Source: Octopus vulgaris (Eukaryota). From it: 62,000 nt of DNA. The DNA lies in contig OX597825.1 in assembly GCA_951406725.2 (NCBI GenBank), positions 14,962,001 to 15,024,000 on the forward strand, read 5' to 3'. The notes under the pieces are model-generated. The model was not told where the DNA came from. It did no database searches and saw nothing but the letters and a program-made list of their open reading frames with translations. Numbering within the stretch: position 1 is the stretch's first letter; every line of letters begins with the position of its first letter. The translations under genes and the position numbers were made by a program. Of the stretch, positions 39,707 through 51,950 are shown piece by piece.

Positions 39707-40678
39707 AAATAAAGTATATACCCAAGTATATAGATGCAGTGACTGTTTTAGCAATTAAGCTTCTACTTATTAATAAGTTAGTTCTTCATTTCATTTGACA
39801 TAAATGCATTATCTCCCGGTCAACATCACACCCAGCTCACAGACAGATATTTTCTTATTAAAACAATGTATTCTTAAAACCAATTAGAAATCAAATGCAG
39901 AAGAACATCATTCGGGCCAATTGTAAATTAGAACTGATATGATTGTTTTGCAGTCTATTAGATAGTTTTAATGTACGAAAGTAAGCTAATTATAAGACTA
40001 TTAATATAAAAGAGAAAGTAAGACGGAATGAGTGGTGTACAATGGATATTACTTGCATCATACGTCTTAGTTCTTCCCACTCAAAGCGACAGGAACACAA
40101 GTTACTTTATCTTCTCTTTATGTGGCCAAAAAGACATTCCTATAAACTCATGGATAAGTCTGGTAATTATTCACATTTATTTAAATCAGAATAATGCGAC
40201 CAGAAAAATAATTCCCATCCTTTCTTTCAGTTAACCTCTCATTAAACGCTAGAATTGAAACTTTTCTTTGATAGTTATTTAAGTAGTCTTCTGCAGTCTT
40301 ATATTGAATAAGCAATTATATTAGTTTATTAAAGCTCAAAGAAATCTACCGTGTTCAGTCATACGAACGAAGATGGAATAATCGCATTATTAAGAATTTT
40401 GCTTTTCATGTAATATTTTCGTTTTTTTTATTATTATTATTTATGTTATAGTTACTGGTGACGATAGTAACGTCGCTGTGTTATCGTTCATATCGGGGAC
40501 CATGTTAACAATGTTCTCGTACAATAGTGAACAAAAGTAAACAAGGCATGATCATCACACCCTTTAAGCATCACATCTAGGACCTATTTATCCTATATCT
40601 TAAGACTGTTGAATGTGATGTGAGATGAAAAAAGGGGTTTCTACATCCAACTGATCATGAAACACATTAATATTCCCT

Positions 40679-41083
40679 TATTTCTTTATTTCCCACAAGG
40701 AGCTAAGCGTAGAGGGGACAAACAAGGACAGACCAAGGGATTACATCGACTCCAGTGCGTAACTGGTACTCATTTAATCGACCCCGAAAGGACGAAAGGC
40801 AAAGTCGACCTCGGCGGAATTTGAACTCAGAACGTAGCGGCAAACAAAATACCTATTTCTTTACTACCCACAAGGGATTAAACACAGAAGGGACAAACAA
40901 GGACAGACAAACGGATTAAGTCGATTATATCGACCCCAGTGCGTAAATGGTACTTATTTAATCGACCCCGAAACGAAGAAAGGCAAAGTCGACCTTGGTG
41001 GAATTTGAACTCAGAATGTAACGGCAGACGAAATACGGCTACGCATTTCGACCGGCGTGCTAACGTTTCCGCCAGCTCGCCTT
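40679..41083 (-). mobile_element. family B SINE head-to-tail dimer
   Basis: Full unit 41083-40854 followed on the minus strand by a unit starting GGTATTTTGTTTGCCGCTACG. Confidence 0.9.
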
Positions 41084-41836
41084 AAATATCTCCGTTTGTA
41101 TATTGTGTAAAACTAATATTTTTAATTTTTCACTTGTTCCCTGGTAATATCACTCTATAAACAGAAACTTGCAAGCTTGAATAAATCCTAATTACTCAAT
41201 CCATTTCATTTATAATTCATGTAACATTTCTATTTTCAGTCTTGTAACTTCAACCACTGTAAAATATTCCGCAGCTATATCTAAACCAAATGAATTCCCC
41301 TACTTTCAATGTGTTTTCTTAGTACGTGTATTCAAATAATATGTAGGTGTTACTTTTATATTCAATCGTTTTCTATAAATAAAGGTACAGCTAATGATTT
41401 CCTCACGTAAGCAATTTTACCTACTTCATTATGACTTACGTATGCTTGGAGATTACTGTTTTGCTTCCAAAGTTCTCAGTACCACCATGAATAATTTAGA
41501 GAAAAACATTTATTTTTAGGGTATTTCAAATTAAAATCGGGACTTCAAGAATTTCGACCAGCTATTGAAGAATACGGAGAACACATTGATTATTCGCCTT
41601 ATTTCGCATGTTTCAAGTTCTCTGCATCTATTCTATAGGTATTGCTATTTTCATTAAACTCGTACAAAGCACTGAAGCATTCGCGATGTTGTCATGGGAA
41701 CCATCAAATTAAACTTGTAAGTCACTAATTTTAGAACTGTGCCACGATCTCACAATAAAATGGCAAATCCAGAGCTTAGGAACCCTCAACATTACAAGTG
41801 ATTCGTAAAATTATATATTACATGAAGCAACATGTA

Positions 41837-42001
41837 GGCGCAGGAGTGGCTGTGTGGTAAGTAGATTGCTTACCAACCACATGGTTCCGGGTTCAGTCCC
41901 ACTGCGTGGCATCTTGGGCAAGTGTCTTCTGATATAGCCCCGGGCCGACTAATGCCTTGTGAGTGGATTTGGTAGACGGAAACTGAAAGAAGCCTGTCGT
42001 A

Positions 42002-42077
<76 letters not shown>

Positions 42078-42249
42078 TGTGTCTGTGTTTGTCCCCCTAG
42101 CATTGCTTGACAACCGATGCTGGTGTGTTTACGTCCCCGTCACTTAGTGGTTCGGCAAAAAGAGACCGATAGAATAAGTACTAAAGGCGGTGCTCCAGCA
42201 TGGCCGCAGTCAAATGACTGAAACAAGTAAAAGAGTAAAAGAGTAAAAG
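41837..42249 (+). mobile_element. family A SINE, full length, with a small internal deletion
   Basis: GGCGCAGGAGTGGCTGTGTGG head to the (AGTAAAAG)n tail; about 45 bp lost between two ACT microhomologies (AAGTACT|AAAGGCGG). Confidence 0.92.
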
Positions 42250-42662
42250 TGTATGTTGAGAATAACCTGACCCAAGATTACTCATTACAATTGTATTAAA
42301 CAAAGAGCTGAATTGTCAACACTGGCAGCCTCTAACGTAGTCAACTCCATTAGATTTTATTTTACCATAATTACACGTAAGGAAAAAATATGTAATTTGC
42401 GGCCCATATTATTCATACATACCAGGACCTTTGTTCCACTAGCTTATTTTCACGAGATAATTTGGTGTGAAAAGAGAACAATCATATTTATTTGATATCG
42501 AAAACATCAAAGTTTATCCGTTTTCCTCTCAAATTCACTTAAAAGTAGATCACTTACATCCGGTTTCAAAGTTACCGAAAATATCTATAACCATCCGGTG
42601 TCTTCATTCATAATCTATGATCGGTTGATGCTGAAGTAATGATAAAAAAGTGATTCAATATA

Positions 42663-42895
42663 TATTTCTTTATTACCCACAAGGGGCTAATCACAGAAGG
42701 GACAAACAGGGTCAGACAAAGAGATTAAGTCGATTACATCGATCCCAGTGCGAAACTGGTACTTTATTTATCGATACCGAAAGGATGAATGGCGAAGTCG
42801 ACCTCGGCGGAATTTGAAATCAGAACGTAACGACAGACGAAATACTGCTAAGCATTTCATCCGGCGAGCTAACGTGTCTGCCACCTCGGCACCTT
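42663..42895 (-). mobile_element. family B SINE monomer
   Basis: Complete head-to-tail match to 5554-5785. Confidence 0.88.
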
Positions 42896-43946
42896 AAAGC
42901 GATTTAATATAGTATGTACCAAAAGATGTGGCTTTACTTTCAATTTGCTTCCATTACAGATCCTACAGAAAGGAAGAACGGGCAAAATAATATATAGAAT
43001 AAGTGACCGAAAAAGTTGGTATTGTTAGGGTATCGGAAAAAACTATGCAGAAGTTTCGAGAATTTGATCTACAGTAAGGAAAAGCAAATGATGGTTTGGA
43101 CCTGGTCGCCCCCCTCCCCCAAGGACAGATTTGAACAATTTCTTTCTGGTATTTATGAATTTGGAGACATTTTCAATGTTGTACGTTCAGTCATAAAATA
43201 TCTTTTTCGTCTTGTCACCAAAGCAAACAAATTTACTCAAACCGACAAATGCAAAACATGATATCAAATATTTAAGTACAATATAAAACTTGTCTGAAAC
43301 AAATTCTCGGCAAGATACAATATAACATAAAATGCAATTACGGAAATAAAAAATAAAAACTTTTTTATCAGGCAGGTACCGAGCTATCTGCAGACAGCAG
43401 ACAAACTAAAATATTTCATATTTCATTTAAAACAATATTTGTCAGTTTATTGTCATTTAAATACGAATATAAATGACGTTTCCACAGGTATTACAATTCT
43501 CAGTGTAATTCTTATTGTGCCATAGCAATCTGCCATTCCGCCATATACGCTACATATGAGACGCAAAAATAAACTTCCTGTAAAGAATAACTAACATCAG
43601 TAGATAAAGTGATACGAACAACAATCATCTGATCAAAAGTTTTCCGAACAAATTTTAGAGTCTATGCTATTAAGAGACTTTTATCTATAGATTTATGGTT
43701 TATCTGTCGAAACCGATAGTCGACGCACTATTTGGTTGAGAATATGAAATTACTTCGCCGTTATGTGTTAAATATTTATACCACAATATGGTACTTGGTG
43801 TTAGCTTTGGTGCTTTGTCGCTTATTTTATAAAAATATGTTGGTGTCATTGTATTTGTTTGATTTCCTTTACACGGTGTCATTGAAGTGTTGAATATAAA
43901 GTATGGAACATTGAGAGTACTCATACGGGCATATAAAATACGACGA

Positions 43947-44008
43947 TATATATATATATATATACATATATCTATATATATATACATGTATATATATATG
44001 TACATGTA

Positions 44009-44054
<46 letters not shown>

Positions 44055-44094
44055 ATATATATATATATACATGTATATATATATATACATATAT

Positions 44095-44154
<60 letters not shown>

Positions 44155-44176
44155 GTATATATATAATATATACATG

Positions 44177-44246
<70 letters not shown>

Positions 44247-44248
44247 AT
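43947..44248. repeat. interrupted (TA)n tract
   Basis: Direct reading. Confidence 0.95.
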
Positions 44249-44923
44249 GAGGTGTATTTTTCTCTGTGATTGCCTCAGTGTATGTGTGTAGATAAAGCGA
44301 TAAACATATTTTAGATATAAATACATTTAACCACCACACACGCCTACATATATATACGTAGATAGGGGGGGGGTAACAAATAAATAAAAAAAAAGAGGTG
44401 AGATGTGGATGGAAACGAGGTAAGTGAGGTATAGGGGTTAGAGAGAAAATATGAATATACGAAAATTATTTCAGCTGGACAGACAATGCACGCGAGAGAG
44501 CATAGAGACACAGATGCAGACATGTATGAAAGTTGTCAGGGTAGCAAACAAGTTAATGTATGCAGAATTCTTAACTCATGAATGTTTTATTCGAACGATC
44601 AGCAATCCCATTCCAGTGACGTCTGATGTGTTGAACCACAATATGACCCAGACATTATATTGTAATATAATATTTAATAGTCATATTGTCAGCAAATTGT
44701 CTGTAATGTATTGTTAAAAAGTTGTATCGGAACCGACTAATCTCTGTTTCGATTCTTCTGTGTGGTAGCCTTGAAAATGGTCTTCTTTGTCTCGTCTGCT
44801 TGACTAATGCAGATGGAAACGGTGTGAATATTGACCACTGTCTGCGTGTGAATATACATATGTACATGCATACACACACATATATATAGATAGATATGTG
44901 TGCGTGCATACCTATATGCATAG

Positions 44924-45183
44924 CACCGTGACCGACCAGGCTATCAGATGCTGTTACACATCGCTGGTCACACTGCGCTTCGGATTGTTTTTAGCCTTCA
45001 AAAGAGTGAGAGAAAGTTGTGGCGAAAGAGTACAGCAGGGATCACCACCACCTACTGCTAGAGCCCTATGGAGCTTTAGGTGTTTTCGCTCAATAAACAC
45101 TCACAACACCCTGTCTGGGAATCGAAACCACAATCCTACGACCGTAGGACGGCTGCCCTAACCATTGGGTCATTGCGCCTCCC
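44924..45183 (-). mobile_element. family D SINE with an internal deletion
   Basis: Matches 46025-46335, lacking about 40 bp before GAAGGCTAAAAACAA. Confidence 0.85.
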
Positions 45184-46024
45184 CGTATATTTATATACAC
45201 ATATCTAAATATATATCACTGTTCAATGTTATCTCTACAAATTCTCAATAGGAATTAGAGCCAGCACTGAAAATTAGGACGTGTCCTCTATGAGTACATC
45301 TGTATGAACCATAATATAGATAGAGGTCTAGTCACTGAGTATGTATGCCTATACGAGGATTTGCTACTCCTTCTCAGCACCACATACAACCCATTAACCC
45401 GTCAATGAACACAGTATTCACTTCAAAAGCCTTTAGTAAACTTGGTATTATGGCTGATTAACGAAATATGGTGTTCCTACAAGCTATTGATAAAGTCATA
45501 TATGTATATGCATACAGTTATGTATATATATATATACATATGTGTGTTTGTGTGAGTGTGTACACGAGTGCAGGAATATATATATGCGTATGTATGTGTT
45601 TTTGTGAGTGTGTATTCGGGGTGCTCACACCTGCGTTTGTCTATTTGGCAAATGCTTATCAGCGGGTAGGCCAGAGACCAGATGGCATTCATCGAAAGAA
45701 TTTCAATTCAATATTTCTCCTTTACCGAATTCACATACACATATACCTGTTATATTGCCGCCGGAGCTGGTATGAACAAGTCATTATGGAAAATTGTACT
45801 TACCGACATTAATATTTATCAATTTGATTATGAAATAAATATAACATATAATCTGATTCAGTTAACCTTTTCTCCGTAGATTGCCGAGATACGTTTAAAA
45901 TTAAATCTAATGCAAAAAGGCCGTTTGCAGTTAATCAGAAAACTCACATTTACAAACAACGGTTATTTTACGAAGTAGTGCTTCAAATTATAAATAACAA
46001 TATATATTTCTAATACGTATATAT

Positions 46025-46335
46025 CACCGTGATCACCGTGACCGACCAGGCCATCAGATGTTGTTACACATCGCTGGTCACAATGCGCTTCGCATTGTTT
46101 TAGCCTTCAAGTGATGCCACCCCGCTGGCTAAGCGAGCAGGCCAACAGAAGAAAGAGTGAGAGAAATTTGTGGTGAAAGAGTACAGCAGGGATCGCCACC
46201 ACCCCCTGCCGGAGCTTCGTGGAGCTTTAGGTGTTTTCGCTCAATAAACACTCACAACGCCCGGTCTGGGAATCGAAACCACGATCCTACGACCGCGAGT
46301 CCGCTGCCCTAACCACTAGGCCATTGCGCCTCCAC
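46025..46335 (-). mobile_element. family D SINE, full length, with a 13-bp TSD
   Basis: A box TGGCCTAGTGG, B box GTTTCGATTCCC, tail GGTCGGTCACGGTGATCACGGTG. TSD AATACGTATATAT at 46012-46024 and 46336-46348. Confidence 0.92.
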
Positions 46336-46459
46336 AATACGTATATATATTTCTTATAAATAACAATATAATGCATATTTAACCATTAATACGAACAGGA
46401 TTGATTTCATAATTGCAGTTGTTACTTATGCAGGGTCGTAATGTTTATCTTGGCTATGA

Positions 46460-46711
46460 TCCGGACTTTTTGTCCATGTTGCACGATTTTCCGAGTTAGA
46501 CCGTACTTACCGTGCTCTATTCATTCAGAATCCAGTTTGGTTGACAGCTCGTGTTGATTGACTATATGTCACATGGACACGGCTCATAGAGAACTATCTC
46601 GCGGAGATGGCGACTAACTAGGAGTTTGCTCGACTTGTTTCTCGGGAGAACTCGGAAAGATACTCACAAATGTTGAATGCAGCGCGGTATGTGCATCTGA
46701 CCCACACCTAA
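46460..46711 (+). mobile_element. RTE-like LINE C-terminal fragment (decayed)
   Basis: One frame reads GLFVHVARFSELDRTYRAL...VTWTRLIENYLAEM...FARLVSRE...MLNAARY*, resembling the RTE C-terminal GHVAR...W...A...R...AA pattern. Contains internal stops. Confidence 0.55.
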
Positions 46712-46973
46712 CACGATGGCTATAAATATACTCCTGTACTCAAATCTCAGTTATGCATAGGAGTTTCAATTCCATGAGGACTGCATCCTATAGCACTTCT
46801 TTATGTAGGCAGCACAAAACATAAGGTAGCAGAAATACAGTATGCCGCGTTCCACATTATTCCTTCGATCTGTACGCCGGCGTAGCCATGCAGAACCATT
46901 GATTCCTTATTACTCTTTGAACTTCTACATAAATATTAACCCTGCGCGCGTAAGCGAAGCAGAGTTATTGTAC

Positions 46974-47704
46974 TTTTCTACTGTAGGCACTAGGCCCGAA
47001 ATTTGGGGGAGGGGGAGAAGAGTCAATTAGATTGGCCTCAGTACGCAACTGGTACTTACTTTATCGACCCCGAAAGGATGAAAGGCATAGTCGACCTCGG
47101 CGGAATTTGAACTCAGAACGTAAAGACAGGTGAAATACAGCTAAGCATTTCGTCCGGCGTACTAACGTTTCTGCCAGCAGCCGCCTTCAAAACGTAACGG
47201 CAGACGAAATACATATTTCTTTACTACCCACAAGGGGCTAAACACAGAGAGGACAAACAAGGACAGACAAACGGATTGAGTCGATTACATCGACCCCAGT
47301 GCGTAACTGGTACTTAATTTATCGACCCCGAAAGGATGAAAGGCATAGTCGACTTCGGCGGAATTTGAACTGAGAACGTAACGGCAGACGAAATACGGCT
47401 ACGCATTTCGCCCGGCGTGCTAACGATTCTGCCTGCAGCCGCCTTCAATGCGTAACGGCAGACGAAATACATATTTCTTTACTACCCACAAGGGGCTAAA
47501 CACAGAGAGGACAAACAAGGACAGACAAACGGATTGAGTCGATTACATCGACCCCAGTGCGTAACTGGTACTTAATTTATCGACCCCGAAAGGATGAAAG
47601 GCATAGTCGACTTCGGCGGAATTTGAAATCAGAACGTAACGGCAGACGAAATACGGCTACGCATTTCGTCCGGCGTGCTAACGTTTCTGCCAGCTCGCCG
47701 CCTT
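46974..47704 (-). mobile_element. tandem array of three family B SINE units (258-bp duplication)
   Basis: Two near-identical 258-bp blocks (junctions at 47213/47214 and 47471/47472) abut a third unit with the alternative CCCCTCCCCCAAATTTCGGG tail. Confidence 0.9.
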
Positions 47705-48454
47705 ATTATCAATCTACTGATTATGCAGTTTCATGTTCTCCAGTTGCCATACAGACAGTCACATCTGAAGTGGCTAAAAATGTAATTGAGTTGCCAAGTA
47801 CTTGATTGTTATTTTAAATTTTAATTCCAAAGATTACAAGCATTTCTTTTCTGAATGGTCTTCTATTAAATACAATATATATTCTGATGCTGCTATTGAG
47901 AATGTCATGAGGAACAAAACAAACTGATCTAAAAAGAAAACTAAGCGTTAAGCCGCTTAACAATACTCTACAAGTGCTAAGCTGATTCTATTCTGTGCAA
48001 CTTGATTCGTTGTGTTGGGAGATTGATATAATGCGAAATGAGATTTAGCTTCTTCAGTTTACATATGTGTTTCGGCAAAATGATAAACCAACATATACAA
48101 TCTTCTATAGTTTACTTGTTAAAATTATTGAACTACGGTCACGCTAGAGCAGAGCATTGATGAGTTCTAGTCGAAATAATTGATAACAGCACATGCACTT
48201 TGGGATTTAGAGAGAGAGGGCGAGAGAAGGAGAGAGCGAGTTTAGCAGAGTTGCCATCCGTCAAATTTATTTAAAATGCATTATCAGCCCAGGTTTATAA
48301 TAGAATATATTCACCCAAGTTGCATTTTGGTTGCAAATGGAACTTGTTAATTTTAAATCTATGTCAAAAGAAACACAATTCCATCATTACTTCTTTGATT
48401 CGGTTTCATGACAAATGAAATACCGTTTTACTGCTCAAAAATGGGACTCTTAAA

Positions 48455-49541
48455 TACGAGGTCTGGCTGGAAAGTCCATAGGCTGACTATGAATGAGTGA
48501 CACAAGAGTTTGAGATTAATTTATACTCTCCTTATTAATAACTCCTGTGTTTCTTTCCAGGTAAAGCGATATCTGAAAGTTGAAAGAAGGCTTCAAATTG
48601 ACTACGTAGCGACTTCTTCTCTTGAAAATGGACAAAGTTTGTCATAATGGTGTAATCAATTACCTACAGAAAAAAGAGTTTAGTCAAAATGACATTCATG
48701 CGGTCATGGCAGCTATATTAGATGATAAACTCGGTTTATCAAAAGAAGAAAAATGGGTAGCTGGATTTTTGTGGCAAGTGGTGAGTAATAAAGATGACCA
48801 TAGGTTTGGACGTTCTCCAATGGCGACTAGTGAAGAAAACATTGACCGTGTTCATCAAATAGTCGGCAGTAACTGGTGATTGACAACAAATCACGTAGCC
48901 AATGCCATTGGCATATCCCGCGAGAGATGTGATAATATTCTATACAATGAACTTAGCATGACGGAGATTTCTGCTCGGTGTGTGAACATCCAACACCTGA
49001 TCACTAGCGCGCCAAGCTATCTGTCCCGCGGGAAAATCTATTCTTTGAGGCTGATCCAGCTGATTTCCTAGAACGTTGTCTGACCCCGAAGGAATGTTGG
49101 GTCTTCGCCGGAGACGAAGAGAAAGCCATGCTTTCGAAAAAAACTCTCCTAGCCCTGTTCCAAAATCACAAGGTCGTTTCATATGCAGGAGGGTTGTTGG
49201 CCTCAATATATTGGGATGAAAAAGGCTTTGCATTTATTGACTATCTTCCAAAGGGCCACACCATCAACGCCAACTTTCTGAGGCTATCATGGCTACTTGC
49301 CCAGGTAAACTGACAAGTCCTTCTTTCATGAGGTCAATGTCCTCGCAAACAGGTCTTTGGTTTCAGAGGCCGTTATGCATGGCCGTCGCTTTGAACTGTT
49401 TAATCGCCGTCCCTATTCTCCTGCAACGCCGATGAAAGAAGTGTGTGGACTCCAAGGTTTGTGTTGAAAAGGAAACCTAATTTGATTACTTCCCCTGAGA
49501 TTATCTTGGTAAGCCTATGAACTTTTCGGCCGACCCTTGTA
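48455..49541 (+). mobile_element. mariner DNA transposon relic (irritans/Himar1-like), pseudogenised transposase
   Basis: Imperfect TIRs of about 30 bp (TACGAGGTCTGGCTGGAAAGTCCATAGGCT versus the inverse of AGCCTATGAACTTTTCGGCCGACCCTTGTA) bounded by TA. Translation MDKVCHNGVINYLQKK...DDHRFGRSP...ENIDRVHQ...AIGISRER...ISARCV and ASIYWDEKGFAFIDYLPKGHTINA; stops, frameshifts and deletions. Confidence 0.92.
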
Positions 49542-50161
49542 GTTCAAATTATCTTGGAGCGATCAGATACTTAGATGAGATGCGTGTAAGCTGGAAATCA
49601 CAGGGAAACATCTACTACAAATATCCTTAAGTGTAGAAAATAAATTTCATTATGCTTTTTTTTTATTTTGTACGCAATTTCACATTCTATATCTTTGATT
49701 TAATGATTTAATGATTTAATTCTCCTTCAAAATTTTATAGGTTAAAAATACTAAACTGAATCCTAACATATTCCCCATGTACACAAATATTTTATAACTC
49801 ATTTTCCAGAGTATACATGATACATTAGATTTTATACCGGCAATTTTCTGATTTTTTTATTCGATATATGAAATAAATATGTTTTATCGTTTCATCATGA
49901 ATCCGTAAACAGTTAGCAAAATACAGAAGCAACAATATTTACACGATTCGCACTAAAAATATCAAATGCGTCACTCAGAAATATTGTGTAACATAATCAC
50001 AATGCTTTTGAATATTGATTTCCGAACAGAAATCTACAATATCAACCGAAAGAACCTGCTAAAGAAGTTGTTGTCAACCGGGGACCGTATGTCATTGGGG
50101 GCTCCGTGTAAGATTTCGGTGTTAAAGTTTATGTGCAGTAAACGGGTTATACTTCTACAAT

Positions 50162-50490
50162 GAAGGCGTGTGGCTTAATGGTTAGGTAGGTGCATTTGGC
50201 TCGCGTCGTATGGATGTGAGTTCCATTCCCGACGACGCGCTGAGTCCTTGAGAATGTCATTTTATTTTACGTTGCACCGGTTCATTCAGCTGGCAAAAAT
50301 GGCTAGTATCTGAATTTCGAAGGGCCAGCTACTCACACTCCGTGTCACGCCGAATCTCCCTGAGAATTACGTTACGGGGTACAGGTGTTTCTGGAGCCCT
50401 CAACCACATACACGTTGATTTCACGAGCAGGTTGTTCCGTTGACTGAATCAACTGGAACGCTCGTCGTCGTAACCGATGGAACGTCAGTT
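50162..50490 (+). mobile_element. family C SINE, diverged, with a probable 9-bp TSD
   Basis: Homologous to 23966-24288; TTCTACAAT (50153-50161) versus TTCTACGAT (50493-50501). Confidence 0.85.
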
Positions 50491-50872
50491 AATTCTACGA
50501 TACATGAAATATTTCAACAATTTCTTATACAACTCCTAATAATATTGAAATAAAAATAAATAATAGGACTTTTTTAGACATTGAATCGACATGAGGCCCC
50601 AATAGATTAAAGTAAGAATCAAATAGGTCCATAGGAAAAACATATAGGAACACTACGCAAATATATATATACATTTTATAAGGAAGGATTTCAACATATA
50701 TTCAGTAGAAGGCACACAAGATAGCAATGAAATTGAAATAATAATGTTAGTCCCTATCGTATATTAGTTAATAATAACAAAGGGTAAAATTAATTAATTA
50801 AGGAGTAATCAATAATTTCACCAAGTAGAATTGGGCATGAAAAAAGACCATTTCACGGTAAACTTAAGTAAC

Positions 50873-51142
50873 ACTTTATAATTAGGGTTCAGCAAAGATT
50901 TGCTTTACCACATACCGAAGTTTGGAAATAGCAATCAAAAACCTTAGCTATTTCTTCTACTTTAAAAAGGGACTCCCAGAAAAACCAAAATACCAAAATA
51001 CTTGAAAACATTGTTATCAAGTATTTTAGTTTTTCTGGGAGTCCCTTTTTAAAGTAAAAGAAATAGCTAAGATTTTTTGACTGCTATTTCTAAACTTCGG
51101 TATGTGGTAAAGCAAATATTTGCTGAACCCTAATTATAAAGT
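50873..51142. mobile_element. long fold-back element, about 125-bp arms and an 11-nt loop
   Basis: Arms 50873-51005 and 51017-51142 with about six substitutions, a 1-bp indel and an 8-bp duplication; flanked by short direct repeats (ATAATAAT(G/A)TTAGTCCCTAT at about 50738 and 51200). Confidence 0.85.
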
Positions 51143-51675
51143 ATATTAGTTAATAGATAATATATATTATTATTATATATTATTATTATATATTAATTAG
51201 ATAATAATATTAGTCCCTATACATAAAAGTCAACTGAAAAAAGTAACATTTCCCTCAAAGAAGGGCGCATTGGATTCTGCATTATTGGACAGACACGACC
51301 AATGTAGTAAGGTGGCTTCGGTCAGAAACATTTTTATCGTATGTCTTCTTCACCAACTCCCACTTCCGATAAAACAACGAATGATAATGATCCCCTTTTG
51401 ACAAGAACATAGATGATTGATTTACCGTACGAAATATCATTGACAATAACGTTTGCATCTCTCACAAATGCCTTCACCCGCTGTCTTTGTTTAATATTTT
51501 CTAACATATTTGACACACATTATGAGCAATGTTCCGTTCAGCGTGATTTCATCTATTAATATGTATAAAGGTCGACTTCGACAACTGCCTTGGAATTCGA
51601 TAAATTTACATATCAATTTCCTAAAGCAAACACCTATTGAGACTTCGTAAATTCCAGCAAAAGTAGAATTCATAT

Positions 51676-51677
51676 AA

Positions 51678-51728
<51 letters not shown>

Positions 51729-51851
51729 TAATAATAATAATAATAATGATAATAATAATAATAGTAATAATAATAATAATAATACTTATTATTATTATTA
51801 TAATTATTATGATTATTATTATTATTATTATTGTTGTTGTTGTTGCTGCTG

Positions 51852-51937
<86 letters not shown>

Positions 51938-51950
51938 GTTATTATTATTT
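51676..51950. repeat. (AAT)n followed by (ATT)n
   Basis: Strand switch at about 51785. Confidence 0.95.

Noticed and set aside
41837-41910. tRNA-like sequences at SINE heads
   Set aside because: A and B boxes are present but there is no complete cloverleaf or acceptor stem, and each continues into a SINE body; not tRNA genes.
43070-43260. GLDLVAPLPQG resembling a Gypsy integrase GIDLVGPLP motif
   Set aside because: No following integrase residues, no LTRs, and stops nearby.
46500-46512. Perfect minus-strand donor CG|GTAAGT (also at about 7470 and 45800)
   Set aside because: The 46.5-kb one lies in an RTE-like relic and the others lack an acceptor tract; this shows such matches arise by chance here.
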